A DNA stretch of 64,000 bases from positions 32,001 through 96,000 of the forward strand of contig CAXNJO010000006.1 in assembly GCA_964202905.1 (NCBI GenBank), read 5' to 3'. Made by a program: the position numbers and the translations under genes. Positions 28,382 through 37,914 of this stretch are shown here, in pieces. Each line of letters opens with the position of its first letter. Within the stretch, counting starts at the first letter, position 1. The notes beneath the pieces are model-generated. The model had not been told where the DNA came from and did no database searches. It worked only from the letters and a program-made list of their open reading frames with translations. The DNA comes from Polyangiales bacterium (lineage in GTDB: Bacteria; Myxococcota_A; Polyangia; Polyangiales; JADJQN01).

Positions 28382-29257
28382 CTGCGCAGGCGGGATGCCC
28401 GACACCGCCGGGGCCGGTGGTGGGGGCGCGGCGGGCGCCGGGGCGGGGGCGCGCGGCTCGGCGTCCCGCGGGGGCGGGGGAGGGCGCCGCTCGTAGCCGG
28501 GGGGCGGCTCGAGCGCGTCGTCGCCCGCGTCGTCGTCACCGTCGTCCGCAGGGCGCGCATCGGCCCCACCGAACATGAACGCGATACCACCCTGGTAGAT
28601 GGTTTGGTCGCCGATGGCGCCGTTCGTCACGTTCGCGTAGGCGTTGATCTCGGGCGCGATCCAGAAGGAGCGCCCGATGCGGATGGGCACGCTCACGTAG
28701 GCGCCGACGAGCAGGCCGTCGATGAGGAGCAGGTCGTCGCGCACCACGTCGCCGCTCCGGAACTGGTAGCCGAACATGAGCTTCGGTCCGAAGGAGAGCG
28801 TCACGCGGTCGCTCACGTTCCAGCCGAGCAGCAGCGGCAGGTGCGCGTAGAACGCGTTGAACTGCGTGCCCATCTGGTCGTCGAAGGACGCGTAGGACAC
28901 GGCCGGCGCGATGGCGAGGTCGAGCGGGCCGCGCACCATCCACCACTTGAGGCTCGCCTCGATGCCGAGCGCGTAGAGCTTCACGCCGACGTCCACGCGC
29001 TCGCTGAGTCCGTAGCGCGCCGAGAGCTCGAACTGCGCCGAGCGCGGGCCCGCGCCGCCCTCGTCGCTGAGCGCGCCCGCGCCCCCGGCGAGCGCCCCGA
29101 AGCGCAGCTCGCCCTCGGGCACCGTGCGCGGGGTCTGGAGCGTGCTGAAGGACGGGCAGCCCCCGCAGACGGCGGCGAGGCCGACCACGAGGAGCAGCCA
29201 CGGCCCCCGGACGGCGGACGCTGACCTCATCGGGGCCGCGCTTAGCACGTTCGACAC
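28364..29257 (-). CDS. Hypothetical lipoprotein, probable outer-membrane beta-barrel-like fold with Pro-rich tail (start may be 29230)
   Basis: Lipobox-like CGGC followed by PSFSTLQTPRT; alternating aromatic/aliphatic strands (ELSARYGL, FWIAPEINAY, YQGGIAFMFG). Confidence 0.65.
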   Translation of the reverse strand: MSNVLSAAPMRSASAVRGPWLLLVVGLAAVCGGCPSFSTLQTPRTVPEGELRFGALAGGAGALSDEGGAGPRSAQFELSARYGLSERVDVGVKLYALGIEASLKWWMVRGPLDLAIAPAVSYASFDDQMGTQFNAFYAHLPLLLGWNVSDRVTLSFGPKLMFGYQFRSGDVVRDDLLLIDGLLVGAYVSVPIRIGRSFWIAPEINAYANVTNGAIGDQTIYQGGIAFMFGGADARPADDGDDDAGDDALEPPPGYERRPPPPPRDAEPRAPAPAPAAPPPPAPAVSGIPPAQGAQRP

Positions 29258-29340
29258 GGTGCGTCAGGACTTGCAGGCACCGGGGCCTGCGTCTACATGG
29301 CGCAGCGGCGCGCCGTCTCGCGCGCCACGAGGAGGCCCCG

Positions 29341-29670
29341 ATGAACGACGGCGACAAGATCACACGGCGCGAGATGCTCGGACGCAGCCTGCTCCTCGGA
29401 GCAGTGGCGACCGTCGGCACGAACCTCTTCCTGAGCGGCTGCGGCGCGCCGGCGCTCGACTGCTCGTCGACCGCGGGCCTCTCGCCCGAGGACACGGCGA
29501 CCCGCACCAACAACAACTACGTCGACCGCTCCATGGACGCCGCGAAGAAGTGCAGCACCTGCAACTTCTACCAGGCGCGCGGGGAGAACGCGTGCGGCGG
29601 GTGCACCGTCGTCAAGGGCTCCATCAACCCCGGCGGCAACTGCAACCTCTGGGTCGCCAAGCAGGGCTGA
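29341..29670 (+). CDS. High-potential iron-sulfur protein (HiPIP)-like Tat lipoprotein
   Basis: GGAGG RBS; TRREML twin-Arg signal; LSGC lipobox; NYV..KKCSTCNFY..CGGC..VKGSINPGGNCNLW. Confidence 0.85.
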   Translation: MNDGDKITRREMLGRSLLLGAVATVGTNLFLSGCGAPALDCSSTAGLSPEDTATRTNNNYVDRSMDAAKKCSTCNFYQARGENACGGCTVVKGSINPGGNCNLWVAKQG

Positions 29671-29803
29671 GCGCCCCGCGGTGCGGCGTTTCGGTGCCGC
29701 GCGACCGCGATGTCGAGCTGCGCCCGTCGGCCCGTGCCGGCGGGCGTCGTCGTTCGGGCGCCCCGCAAGGACGACCGCCGTGGGAGGTCGCGGGGCGAGG
29801 GCG

Positions 29804-30973
29804 TCAGCGACCGAGGAGCGGTGCGAGCGCCGCGAGCGCGTCGTCGAGCTCCCGCGGGGGGACGGCCGTGAAACAGAGCCGCACGTGCCGGGGGAAGTCG
29901 CGCCCGCACGCCGTGCCGGGGGTGAGCCACACGCCCGCGTCGAGAGCGCGCTCGAGGAAGGGGGCGCAGCCGTCCTCGCCCGGGCGGAGCGCGCGCGCGA
30001 CGTCGAGGAAGAGGAACGTCCCGCCCTCGGGCCGCGGCACGCCGAGCGCGTCTGCCGCGCGCGCCCCGGCTTCGCGGTACGCGCGGCGTGCCTGCGCGAC
30101 CCAGCCGCCCGCCTCGCGCAGGCCGCGGGCGGCGCCGAGCTGCAGCGGCCGCGGCGCGCAGTACGAGTGGAAGGTCTGCACCGCGCGCACCGCGCGCATC
30201 GCCTCGGGGGGCCCGTGCACGAAGCCGACACGCGCCCCCGCGAAGGCGTAGCCCTTCGAGAGCGTGTGCACCGCGACGGCGCGCGCGCGCAGCGCAGGCA
30301 GCGCCCAGGCGGACACGGGCGGCGTGTCGCCGGACCACAACTCCTCGTAGGCCTCGTCGCAGAGGACCCAGAGATCGTGGCGCGCGGCGACCCGCGCGAA
30401 CGCGGCGAGCGCCGCGGGCGGGAGCACGCGTCCGGTCGGGTTGTTCGGCGTGTTGAGGTAGACGGCCGCGGTCCGCGGCGTGACGGCGCGCTCGAGGGCG
30501 GCCTCGACGTCGAAGCCCGGCGCGTCGAGCCGCGTGAAGAGCGGCACCTGCACCGGCACGGCCCCCCGCGACGCGACGATGCCGCGTGCGAGCGGCCAGA
30601 ACGGGGAGGGCAGCAGCACCTCGTCGCCCGGATCGAGCAGCGCCTGCACGACGACGGAGAGCCCCGCCGTGCCGCCGCACGTCACCTGCACCTGCTCGAC
30701 GTCGACCTCGACGCCGCCGCGCCGCGCGAGGTGCGCGGTGATCGCCGCGAGCAGCGCGGGCTCGCCCTGCACGGGGGCGTAGCCGTGCAGGCGCGGGTGT
30801 TCGGCGGTGCGGGCGGCCTCGGCGCGCATCACCGCGGGCGGCTCGAGCCAGGTGTCGCCGACCTGCAGCGCGTGCACGCGACCACCCCGGGCGCGGGCGC
30901 GGGTTGCGAGGGCCCCGAACACGCGGTCGGAGAGGCCCTCGGCGGTGGGTGTGGTCGCGGGGAAGCGCGGCAT
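29804..30973 (-). CDS. PLP-dependent aminotransferase class I/II
   Basis: LQVGDT, YAPVQG, LLDPGDEVL, NTPNNPTG, CDEAY, TLSKGYAFAGARVG. Confidence 0.92.
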   Translation of the reverse strand: MPRFPATTPTAEGLSDRVFGALATRARARGGRVHALQVGDTWLEPPAVMRAEAARTAEHPRLHGYAPVQGEPALLAAITAHLARRGGVEVDVEQVQVTCGGTAGLSVVVQALLDPGDEVLLPSPFWPLARGIVASRGAVPVQVPLFTRLDAPGFDVEAALERAVTPRTAAVYLNTPNNPTGRVLPPAALAAFARVAARHDLWVLCDEAYEELWSGDTPPVSAWALPALRARAVAVHTLSKGYAFAGARVGFVHGPPEAMRAVRAVQTFHSYCAPRPLQLGAARGLREAGGWVAQARRAYREAGARAADALGVPRPEGGTFLFLDVARALRPGEDGCAPFLERALDAGVWLTPGTACGRDFPRHVRLCFTAVPPRELDDALAALAPLLGR

Positions 30974-31045
30974 CGCGGCTCCGGGGGTAGCGCGAAACGC
31001 GGCGGGATGACAGGGCGCGCGCCCGGCCTGTACGCTCCCCGGCCC

Positions 31046-32120
31046 ATGACCGACCGCACCCCGTCCGCCCCTCCTTCGCGCTCTCCCCTGCGTCCGCTCC
31101 GCGGCCGCGTCACCCGCGCGGCGCTCGCCTGCGCGGCGCTCCTCGCTTCCGCGGGCTGCGGGTCGAAGGAGGAGGCCGCGCCGCCGCCGCCGCAGGACAT
31201 CGTCGGGCTCCTCGAGCTGCCGGTCGCGCACCGCGGCTCGCCCGCGGCGCCGAGCGACGCGGCCCGCGTGGAGATCGGCACGGGCGAGCTGCGCCTCGAC
31301 GGACGCACGGTGACGACGCTGACGAACGGCGCGCTCGCGCCCGGAGACCTGAGCGCGGGCGCGGTGCCCAAGCTGCGCGCCGCGATCGCGGGCGGGCGGG
31401 GCACCGCGCTGCTGCACGTGCACTCCGCGACGCCGTGGGCCACGACCGTCGCCGTGCTCGAGACGCTGCGCGCCGGCGGCGTGCGGAACGCCGTCTTCGC
31501 CGTGCGTCGCGTCGCCCCCGCGCCGACGAAGGGCGCACCGCCGCCGAGCCCGACGCTCGCGGTCTCCTACCTCGAGCTGCGCGACTTCCAGGTCGTCGCC
31601 GAGGCGGACGGCGACGCGCAAGCTCCGTGTGTCGCCGCTGCCGTGGTCGGAGATCGGTGCGCGCTGGGACGCCGTGAAGGACGCGTGCGCGCAGTCGCCC
31701 CAGGGGGACTGCATGTGGAAGCCGGAGACCATCGCGGAGGGTGGCAACGCGCAGATCACGCTGCGCTCCCGCGGCGACGGATTGAAGGTGGAGTTCGCGC
31801 AGGTCGGCGCGCCCGTGGCCCCCGCGGCGCCCACCGCGCCCGCGATGATCGAGGGCGTGCCGCCGCCGCCGCCCGCAGCGGGCGCGGAGGTGCCGACGCC
31901 GCCAGCGACGGAGGCGTCGTTCACGCTGCGCTCGGGCACGACCACCGAGCCCGCCTCGCCGGTGAGCGCGATGATGGCGAACGTGTGCGGCTCGCGCGCG
32001 TGCGGCGTCGTCGTCGTCTCCGACCCCGAGCAGATGTCGATGCGCGTGCTGTCGCTCGTCGGCGCGGCGTTCCCCGAGGGCAGCGCGCCGCCCGCGGTCG
32101 CGTTCCGCCGTCCGCGCTGA
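31046..32120 (+). CDS. Lipoprotein with ExbD/TolR-like periplasmic domain(s); apparent frameshift at about 31610-31625
   Basis: ASAGC lipobox; ELPVA..RVEIG..LRLDG..ALLHVHSATPWATTVAVLETLRAGGV; continues in the 31629-32120 frame; TACGCT 9 nt upstream. Confidence 0.6.
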
Positions 32121-32247
32121 GCGGCCGGAAGGCTTGCGCGACGGCGAGCGCGTCGCGCCCGCTGCGCGCGGTCGCGTTCGGCGGGGCGGGGGCTTCCCGC
32201 GCTCGACGCGCCGCGCGGCGTCCCGGGCGCGACCGGTCGACGGTGCT

Positions 32248-32610
32248 TCAGCGCCTGCGGCGTCGGAGGCGGCGCAGGCCGAGCGCGAGGAGGGCGGCGG
32301 CGACCCAGCCGACGGTCGGCCGCGGACCCTGCGCGAGGCGGCAGCCGCAGCCCGCTTCGTTCGCGGGGGTGCTGCGTGCAGGCCGCCCGGCGTCGTCGCG
32401 TGGCGTGCCGGCGTCGGGCAGGGCGTCGGTGATGCAGGCAGCGGCGCGGCGGGCCGAGCTTACCGCGGTCCCCTCGGCGCTGTGGCGTCCGTCGCTGCCG
32501 GCGGGTTGCGCCGCGCGCGCATCGCGGCCCTCCGCGGGGGGGCGTGTCGTTCGGGCGCGGCCCGTTGCAGGAACATGCGCCTCGCGTCCGGTGCGTTCGG
32601 CGCGAGGGGC
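32248..32610 (-). other. Start-less open frame ending in a MYXO-CTERM-like sorting signal
   Basis: Translates ...CITDALPDAGTPRDDAGRPARSTPANEAGCGCRLAQGPRPTVGWVAAALLALGLRRLRRRRR*; in frame with the stop of 32611-33087. Confidence 0.6.
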
Positions 32611-33087
32611 TCAGCGCAGCGCGCCGAGCGTGCTCGGCAGCGGACGGAGCGCCCCGCGCACGGCCGCGTCGAGGGCCGCCCGCTCGAGCGTCACCGCGTC
32701 GCTCCCGCGTGCGCCCGCGCGCCCCGAGAGCATCAGGCGGATCGAGCCGCCGCGCGCGTCGGCGACGATCAGCGAGACCTCGCAGCGCACCTGCACCTCG
32801 CTCCCCACGGGGCTGCGGTCGAGCCGCGTGACCGACCCGCGCACCACGTAGCGGGCCTCGCGCGCCGAGGCGACGCGCAGCGAGGGGAGCCGCCCGAGCT
32901 CGCGCACGAGCGCCTCGCGGAGCGCGCCCGCGGCCACCGGTGAGCTCGTCAGCGCGCCGGTCTCGCCCACCGCGACGATGGGCGCCAGGGTCCTCTCGGC
33001 GAGTACGGGCACGCCGGGCGCGCACATCTGCATCCACGCGACGGTGGCTGCGCAGAGCCACGTCGCGAGCGTTCGGGCTCGCTGCAT
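32611..33087 (-). CDS. Hypothetical secreted protein (possibly CsgG/TolB-N-like alpha/beta fold)
   Basis: N-terminal hydrophobic segment; YVVRGSVTRL..VRCEVSLIV..LSGRA pattern; GAGG upstream. Confidence 0.6.
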   Translation of the reverse strand: MQRARTLATWLCAATVAWMQMCAPGVPVLAERTLAPIVAVGETGALTSSPVAAGALREALVRELGRLPSLRVASAREARYVVRGSVTRLDRSPVGSEVQVRCEVSLIVADARGGSIRLMLSGRAGARGSDAVTLERAALDAAVRGALRPLPSTLGALR

Positions 33088-33182
33088 CGGAGTACCTCGT
33101 CGGGGACCGCGTCGGACATCGACGGCAGTACGCCCACGGTCCCCCTATCAAGGTGCGGACGCCGCGGTCAAAATCCCGGCGC

Positions 33183-34355
33183 GTGACGGTCCGACTCCCA
33201 CTCCGGTTCGCGCTGCTCGTCCTCGCCGTCGCGGGGTGCGGTGTCGGCCCCTGCGCGCGCCGCGCGGCGTCGCCTGCGCGCGCCGCGGGCCCGTCGCACG
33301 CCACCGCGCCCGCGGTCGAGGTCGATGGGCGGGGCTGCGCGCGCGGTGTGCCCGCGCTCGCAGGCGACCTCGAGCGCGGCGTCTGCTTCGCGCACTCGTG
33401 GGAGGATGGCGGGGCGCGCGGCTACGGCACGCCGACCAGCGCGCGTGAGCTCGACGCGCTCGCGGCCCTCGGCGCCGATTGGATCAGCGTCACGCCCTTC
33501 GGCTTCGTCGACTCGCTCCGCGCGACGGAGGTGCGCCTGCCGCACGGGATCCCGGGCGCCGAGTCGGACGAGCGCGTGCGCGCCGAGATCGCCGCGGCGC
33601 GCGCGCGGGGGCTGCGCGTGATGTTGAAGCCGCACCTCTGGGTGCACGGCGGCGCGTGGGTGGACGGCATCGATCCGGGCAGCGAGGAGGGCTGGGCGCG
33701 CTGGCGCGCGTCGTACGCCGACTTCCTGCTGCACCACGCCGCGCTCGCGGAGGAGACGGGCGCCGAGACGCTGGCCGTCGGCGTGGAGCTCGGCTCGACG
33801 CTGCGGCACGAGGCGTGGTGGCGCGAGACGATCGCGCGCGTGCGGCGCGTGTACCGCGGTCGGCTCGTCTACTGCGCGGGCTGGGATCGTGCGGGGGATG
33901 TGCCGTTCTGGGATGCGCTCGACGCCATCGGCGCTCAGTTCTACGCCTCGCTCGCCGCGCGCCGCGACGACGACGACGAGGTCGCGATGCGCGCCCGCCT
34001 CGACGCCGAGCTCGACGCGCTCGGCCGGCTCAGCGCGCGGGTGGCGCGGCCCGTCCTCTTCACGGAGGTCGGCTACAAGTCGATCCGCGGCGCGGCGCAT
34101 CGCCCGCACGAGTGGCCCGAGGCGCTCGCGGGCGCGGCGGTCGTGCCCGACGTCGCCTCGCAGGCGCGCGCGTACCGCCGCTTCTTCGCGGCGCTCGCGG
34201 GGCGTCCGTGGGTGCGCGGCGTGTACGTGTGGAAGTGGTTCACCGACCCGCAGACGCGCGAGGAGGGGCCCATCGGCTTCTCCCCGCGCGGCAAGCCCGC
34301 CGAGGCCGTCCTGCGCGCGGCCTACGGGGGCGCCGCGTGTGCCCCGGCGCGCTGA
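33183..34355 (+). CDS. Glycoside hydrolase family 113-like TIM-barrel lipoprotein
   Basis: VAGC lipobox; WISVTPFG, VMLKPHLW, AVGVEL, FWDALDAIG, PVLFTEVGY, GVYVWKW, GKPAE. Confidence 0.85.
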   Translation: MTVRLPLRFALLVLAVAGCGVGPCARRAASPARAAGPSHATAPAVEVDGRGCARGVPALAGDLERGVCFAHSWEDGGARGYGTPTSARELDALAALGADWISVTPFGFVDSLRATEVRLPHGIPGAESDERVRAEIAAARARGLRVMLKPHLWVHGGAWVDGIDPGSEEGWARWRASYADFLLHHAALAEETGAETLAVGVELGSTLRHEAWWRETIARVRRVYRGRLVYCAGWDRAGDVPFWDALDAIGAQFYASLAARRDDDDEVAMRARLDAELDALGRLSARVARPVLFTEVGYKSIRGAAHRPHEWPEALAGAAVVPDVASQARAYRRFFAALAGRPWVRGVYVWKWFTDPQTREEGPIGFSPRGKPAEAVLRAAYGGAACAPAR

Positions 34356-34380
34356 CCCCGGCGCGCTGACCCCGGCGCGC
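34342..34380. repeat. 14-bp tandem repeat CCCCGGCGCGCTGA (2 full copies plus 1 partial) including the GH113 stop codon
   Basis: Copies at 34342-34355 and 34356-34369, partial from 34370. Confidence 0.9.
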
Positions 34381-34397
34381 GCTCGGCGGGATACGAC

Positions 34398-35498
34398 TCA
34401 AGGCGCTTCGAGCGCCTCCGCCGTGCAGCCCGCGGGCGCCGTGATCGGGTTGCAGCGCGCGGGCGTCCCACCCGGGATCTCCGCGAAGAACGGCGTCTCC
34501 GGCACCGGCGCGGGGAAGTCCGTGCTGACGATCTGCGCGCCGCTCGCGAGCGCCTCGTCGAAGGCGGCGCGCTCCCCGGCGAGCGCGCTCGCGATGCCGT
34601 CCTGCCCGAAGACGCGCACGAGGAAGCCCGCCGCGAGCGCCGCCGCGATGCGCTCGCGCGCGGAGCCATCGTTGATGATGGCGTAGGCGCCGAAGGCGTC
34701 GCCCGGCTCGGAGTCGACGAAGAAGAGCCGCCCCTCGAGGCCGGTGCCGCCGCGCGTGTACGCGTCGCGCAGCGCGCCCGAGTCGTCGACCGCGAAGAGG
34801 ACGTGGCCGCGCGTCGCGCCGAGCGTCGGCCAGCCCGTGTCGGCGAGCGCCTCGGGCAGGCTCGCGTGCGCGCCGCGCACACGGTCCGGCGTGACGATCA
34901 GCTCTTCCGGCCACACGGCGCGCACCTCGTCCTCGAGCGCGCGCAGGCGGGTCTCGCGCGCGTCGGCCGGCACGAGGTCCTTGTCCTCGAGGTGGATCAC
35001 GATCGGCAGATGGTCGGGGTGTGCGTCGGACCAGCGGCGCACGATGGCGAGACACTCGACGAAGAGGTCGCAGCTGCTGCGCGCGTCCACGCGCGTGAGG
35101 TGAAAGACGCGGTGCGCGCCGAGCACGGCGTCCCAGTGCACGTCGAGCTCGAGCCCGCGCACGCCCTGTTCCTCGAGCTGCACGTCGAGCGGCGCGTGCT
35201 CGTATTGCCAGTCGACGAGCGTGCTCTCGGGACGCAGGTGATAGCTGTTGTGCGTCGCCTCGAGCTGCGCGTGGAAGAGCGAGAGCGTGTCGTCGAGCGG
35301 GTAGGCGAACGACGCGTCGGGGCGCGCGCCGAAGCCGCCGTCGAAGCGGAAGGGCCCCGCATCGCGCGCTGCGGCGTCGGGCGGTGCGGCGTCGGGCGGT
35401 GCGGCGTCCGGCGCCGCGGGGGCGTCGTCGCCGCACGCCGCGGGGAGGAGCGCGAGCGCGAACGCGGCGGCCCGCGCGAGGCGCGAAACACGTGACAT
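34398..35498 (-). CDS. Ca2+-dependent phosphoinositide-specific phospholipase C-like lipoprotein
   Basis: PAAC lipobox; ATHNSYH, QGVRGLELDVH, WSDAHPDHLPI..EDKD, WPTL..RGHVLF, GAQIVSTDFP. Confidence 0.85.
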   Translation of the reverse strand: MSRVSRLARAAAFALALLPAACGDDAPAAPDAAPPDAAPPDAAARDAGPFRFDGGFGARPDASFAYPLDDTLSLFHAQLEATHNSYHLRPESTLVDWQYEHAPLDVQLEEQGVRGLELDVHWDAVLGAHRVFHLTRVDARSSCDLFVECLAIVRRWSDAHPDHLPIVIHLEDKDLVPADARETRLRALEDEVRAVWPEELIVTPDRVRGAHASLPEALADTGWPTLGATRGHVLFAVDDSGALRDAYTRGGTGLEGRLFFVDSEPGDAFGAYAIINDGSARERIAAALAAGFLVRVFGQDGIASALAGERAAFDEALASGAQIVSTDFPAPVPETPFFAEIPGGTPARCNPITAPAGCTAEALEAP

Positions 35499-35631
35499 TT
35501 CGAGAAGATACGGCCTCTCGTCCCGGGAGCGACACACAAAAGTCACCGCGGGGCGCGCGCTCGTCGCGGGCGTCGCGCGCGTGTCCTTCGGCGACGGGGC
35601 GGCGGCGCTGCGCTGCTACGCTGCGCCCGCC

Positions 35632-36834
35632 ATGACGACCCCGCTCGCCCCGTCCGCGCTGCGCGCGCACTACACGCACTTTCTTCCCGCGGAGGGCCCG
35701 CTCGCGCGGCGCGTCCTGCTCACCGGGCACTCGCACCAAGCATGGCCCGACGTCGCGCGGGCGGCGCAACTCGAGGCGTTCGACGACGCCGCCGCGCACG
35801 TCGACGACAAGTGGGAGCGCGCCTTTGCGGCCGCCGACGCCGTGCGGCTCGCGGTCGCGCAGCACCTCGGCGCGCCCGCGACGCGCGCGGCCGACGTCGC
35901 GCTCGCGTCGAACACCCACGAGCTCGTCGCGCGCGTGCTCTCGGCGTGCGACCTCGGCGCGCGGCGGCACGTGCTCTCGACGCGCGGCGAGTTCCACACC
36001 GTCTTCCGGCAGCTCACCCGGCTCGCGGAGGCAGGGCTCGAGATCGAGCTCGTCGACCCGCTGCCGGCCGCGACGCTCGCCGAGCGCCTCGCCGCGCGCG
36101 TGCGCCCCGACACCGCCGCGGTGCTCGTCTCCTCCGTGCTCTTCGAGACCGCGAGCGTCGTCCCGCATCTCGAGGCCGTGAACGCGGCGGCCGAGCGCCA
36201 CGGCGCGCTCGTCGTGCTCGACACGTACCACCACGCGGGCGTGCGCGCGTTCGATGCGGCGCTGCTCGGGCCGCGCACCTTCGTCGTCGGGGGCGGCTAC
36301 AAATACCTGCAGTGGGGCGAGGGCTGCTGCTTCCTGCTCGTGCCGCCCGCGTGCGCGCTGCGCCCCGTCTACACGGGATGGTTCGCGGACTTCGCGCACC
36401 TCGCGGCGCCGCGCGACGGGCGCCCCGTCGGCTACGGCGAGCGCGGCGCGGAGCGCTTCGCCGGCAGCACCTACGACCCGACGAGCCACTACCGGGCACG
36501 CGCGGTCGCCGGGCTCTTCGCGTCGGTGGGCCTCACGCCCGCGGCGCTCCACGCCTCGTATGCGCGCCAGGTCGCGCGCCTCGCCGCGGCGGTCGACGCA
36601 CAGTCCACGCGTGCGGGGTTCGCGCGCGTCTCGCCCGACGACGCCGGGGCGCGCGGTGGCTTCGTCGCGGTGCGCGTCGTGGACGCCGCCCGCACCGTCG
36701 CCGGGCTGCGCGCGCGCGGCGTCTTCGTGGACGCGCGCGGCGACGTCGTGCGCCTCGGTCCGGCGCCCTATCTCCTCGACGCCGAGCTCGACGCGGGCGT
36801 CGCGGCGCTCGCCGAGGTCGTCGCCGCCGGCTGA
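35632..36834 (+). CDS. kynU: Kynureninase-like class V PLP enzyme
   Basis: LLTGHSHQAWPD, EFHTV, LDTYH, GGYKYLQWGEG, GWFA, RFAGSTYDP, RLGPAPY. Confidence 0.75.
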   Translation: MTTPLAPSALRAHYTHFLPAEGPLARRVLLTGHSHQAWPDVARAAQLEAFDDAAAHVDDKWERAFAAADAVRLAVAQHLGAPATRAADVALASNTHELVARVLSACDLGARRHVLSTRGEFHTVFRQLTRLAEAGLEIELVDPLPAATLAERLAARVRPDTAAVLVSSVLFETASVVPHLEAVNAAAERHGALVVLDTYHHAGVRAFDAALLGPRTFVVGGGYKYLQWGEGCCFLLVPPACALRPVYTGWFADFAHLAAPRDGRPVGYGERGAERFAGSTYDPTSHYRARAVAGLFASVGLTPAALHASYARQVARLAAAVDAQSTRAGFARVSPDDAGARGGFVAVRVVDAARTVAGLRARGVFVDARGDVVRLGPAPYLLDAELDAGVAALAEVVAAG

Positions 36835-36973
36835 CCAGACGCGGCGTGCGCCGGGCGCTGCCGGGCGCCGTCGCGACCGCTGCCCGACCGCGCGCGCCCC
36901 TGCGATCCGCGCCCGCCACCCGCGCCCGCGACCCACGCCTGCAACCCGCGCGGCGGTGCCGTGATAACGCGCC

Positions 36974-37867
36974 ATGCCGCGCACCACCCTGCTGCCCCTC
37001 GACGTCGCCTACCCCGCCCCGCTCCGCGCCCTGCCGCGCCCTCCCGCGTCGCTCCGCGTCGAGGGCACGATCCCGCCCCTCGATCGCGCGGTCGCGCTCG
37101 TCGGCACCCGTCACGCCGACGACGACGCGCTCGACTTCACGCACGCCCTCGCGCGCGAGCTCGCGCGGGCCGGGGTCGTCGTCGTATCCGGCGGCGCCCG
37201 CGGCGTCGACGCGGCCGCGCACCTCGGCGCGCTCGAGGGCGGCGGCGCGACCCTCGTCGTCGCGGCCGGGGGCCTCGACCGTCCGTACCCGCCCGAGCAC
37301 GCCACGCTCTTCGCGCGCGTCGTCGCCGAGGGCGGCGCGCTGCTCACCGAGGCCGCGGACGACACGCCGCCGCTCGCCGCGCGCTTCCTCCAGCGGAACC
37401 GGATCGTGGCCGCGCTCTCCTGCGCGGTGGTGGTCGTGCAGGCCCCCGCGCGCTCCGGCGCGCTCGGCACCGCGGCCGCCGCGCGGCGCCTCGGACGGCC
37501 CCTCCTCGCCGTCCCGGGGGCGCCCTGGGACCCGCGCGCGGCGGGCTGCCTCGCCCTGATCCGCGGCGGGGCCGCCGTTTGCATCTCCGCCCGGGATCTC
37601 CTATCCCTCGCGGCGTTCGGGGGTGGACCGGCCTGCCCGGCCACCCGCGAGCACGACGAAAAACGCTTGAACTTCCTTGACTTCGACACCGACTCCCGCG
37701 CGGTGCTCGCCCAACTCGGGCGCCGCGCACGTCATGTGGACGAGGTCGCCCGGGGGGCCACCCTACCGGTCTCCCGGGCCCAGGCGGTCCTGCTCCGGCT
37801 CCTGCTCCGCGGGGTCGTCGAGGACCGCGGAGCCGGGCGCTACGTCCTCGCCGCTCCGCCCGCCTGA
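36974..37867 (+). CDS. dprA: DNA-processing protein DprA
   Basis: VALVGTR, VVSGGARGVDAAAH, YPPEH, FLQRNRIVAALS, SGALGTA, AVPG. Confidence 0.93.
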   Translation: MPRTTLLPLDVAYPAPLRALPRPPASLRVEGTIPPLDRAVALVGTRHADDDALDFTHALARELARAGVVVVSGGARGVDAAAHLGALEGGGATLVVAAGGLDRPYPPEHATLFARVVAEGGALLTEAADDTPPLAARFLQRNRIVAALSCAVVVVQAPARSGALGTAAAARRLGRPLLAVPGAPWDPRAAGCLALIRGGAAVCISARDLLSLAAFGGGPACPATREHDEKRLNFLDFDTDSRAVLAQLGRRARHVDEVARGATLPVSRAQAVLLRLLLRGVVEDRGAGRYVLAAPPA

Positions 37868-37914
37868 ACAGCCGTCCAAGTCGTCCGCCCCGCGGCCCAC
37901 CGAAAGAACCGCCC

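Noticed and set aside
32611..32613. Selenocysteine recoding of the TGA before the MYXO-CTERM tail
   Set aside because: No redox-motif context and no SECIS-like hairpin that I can support
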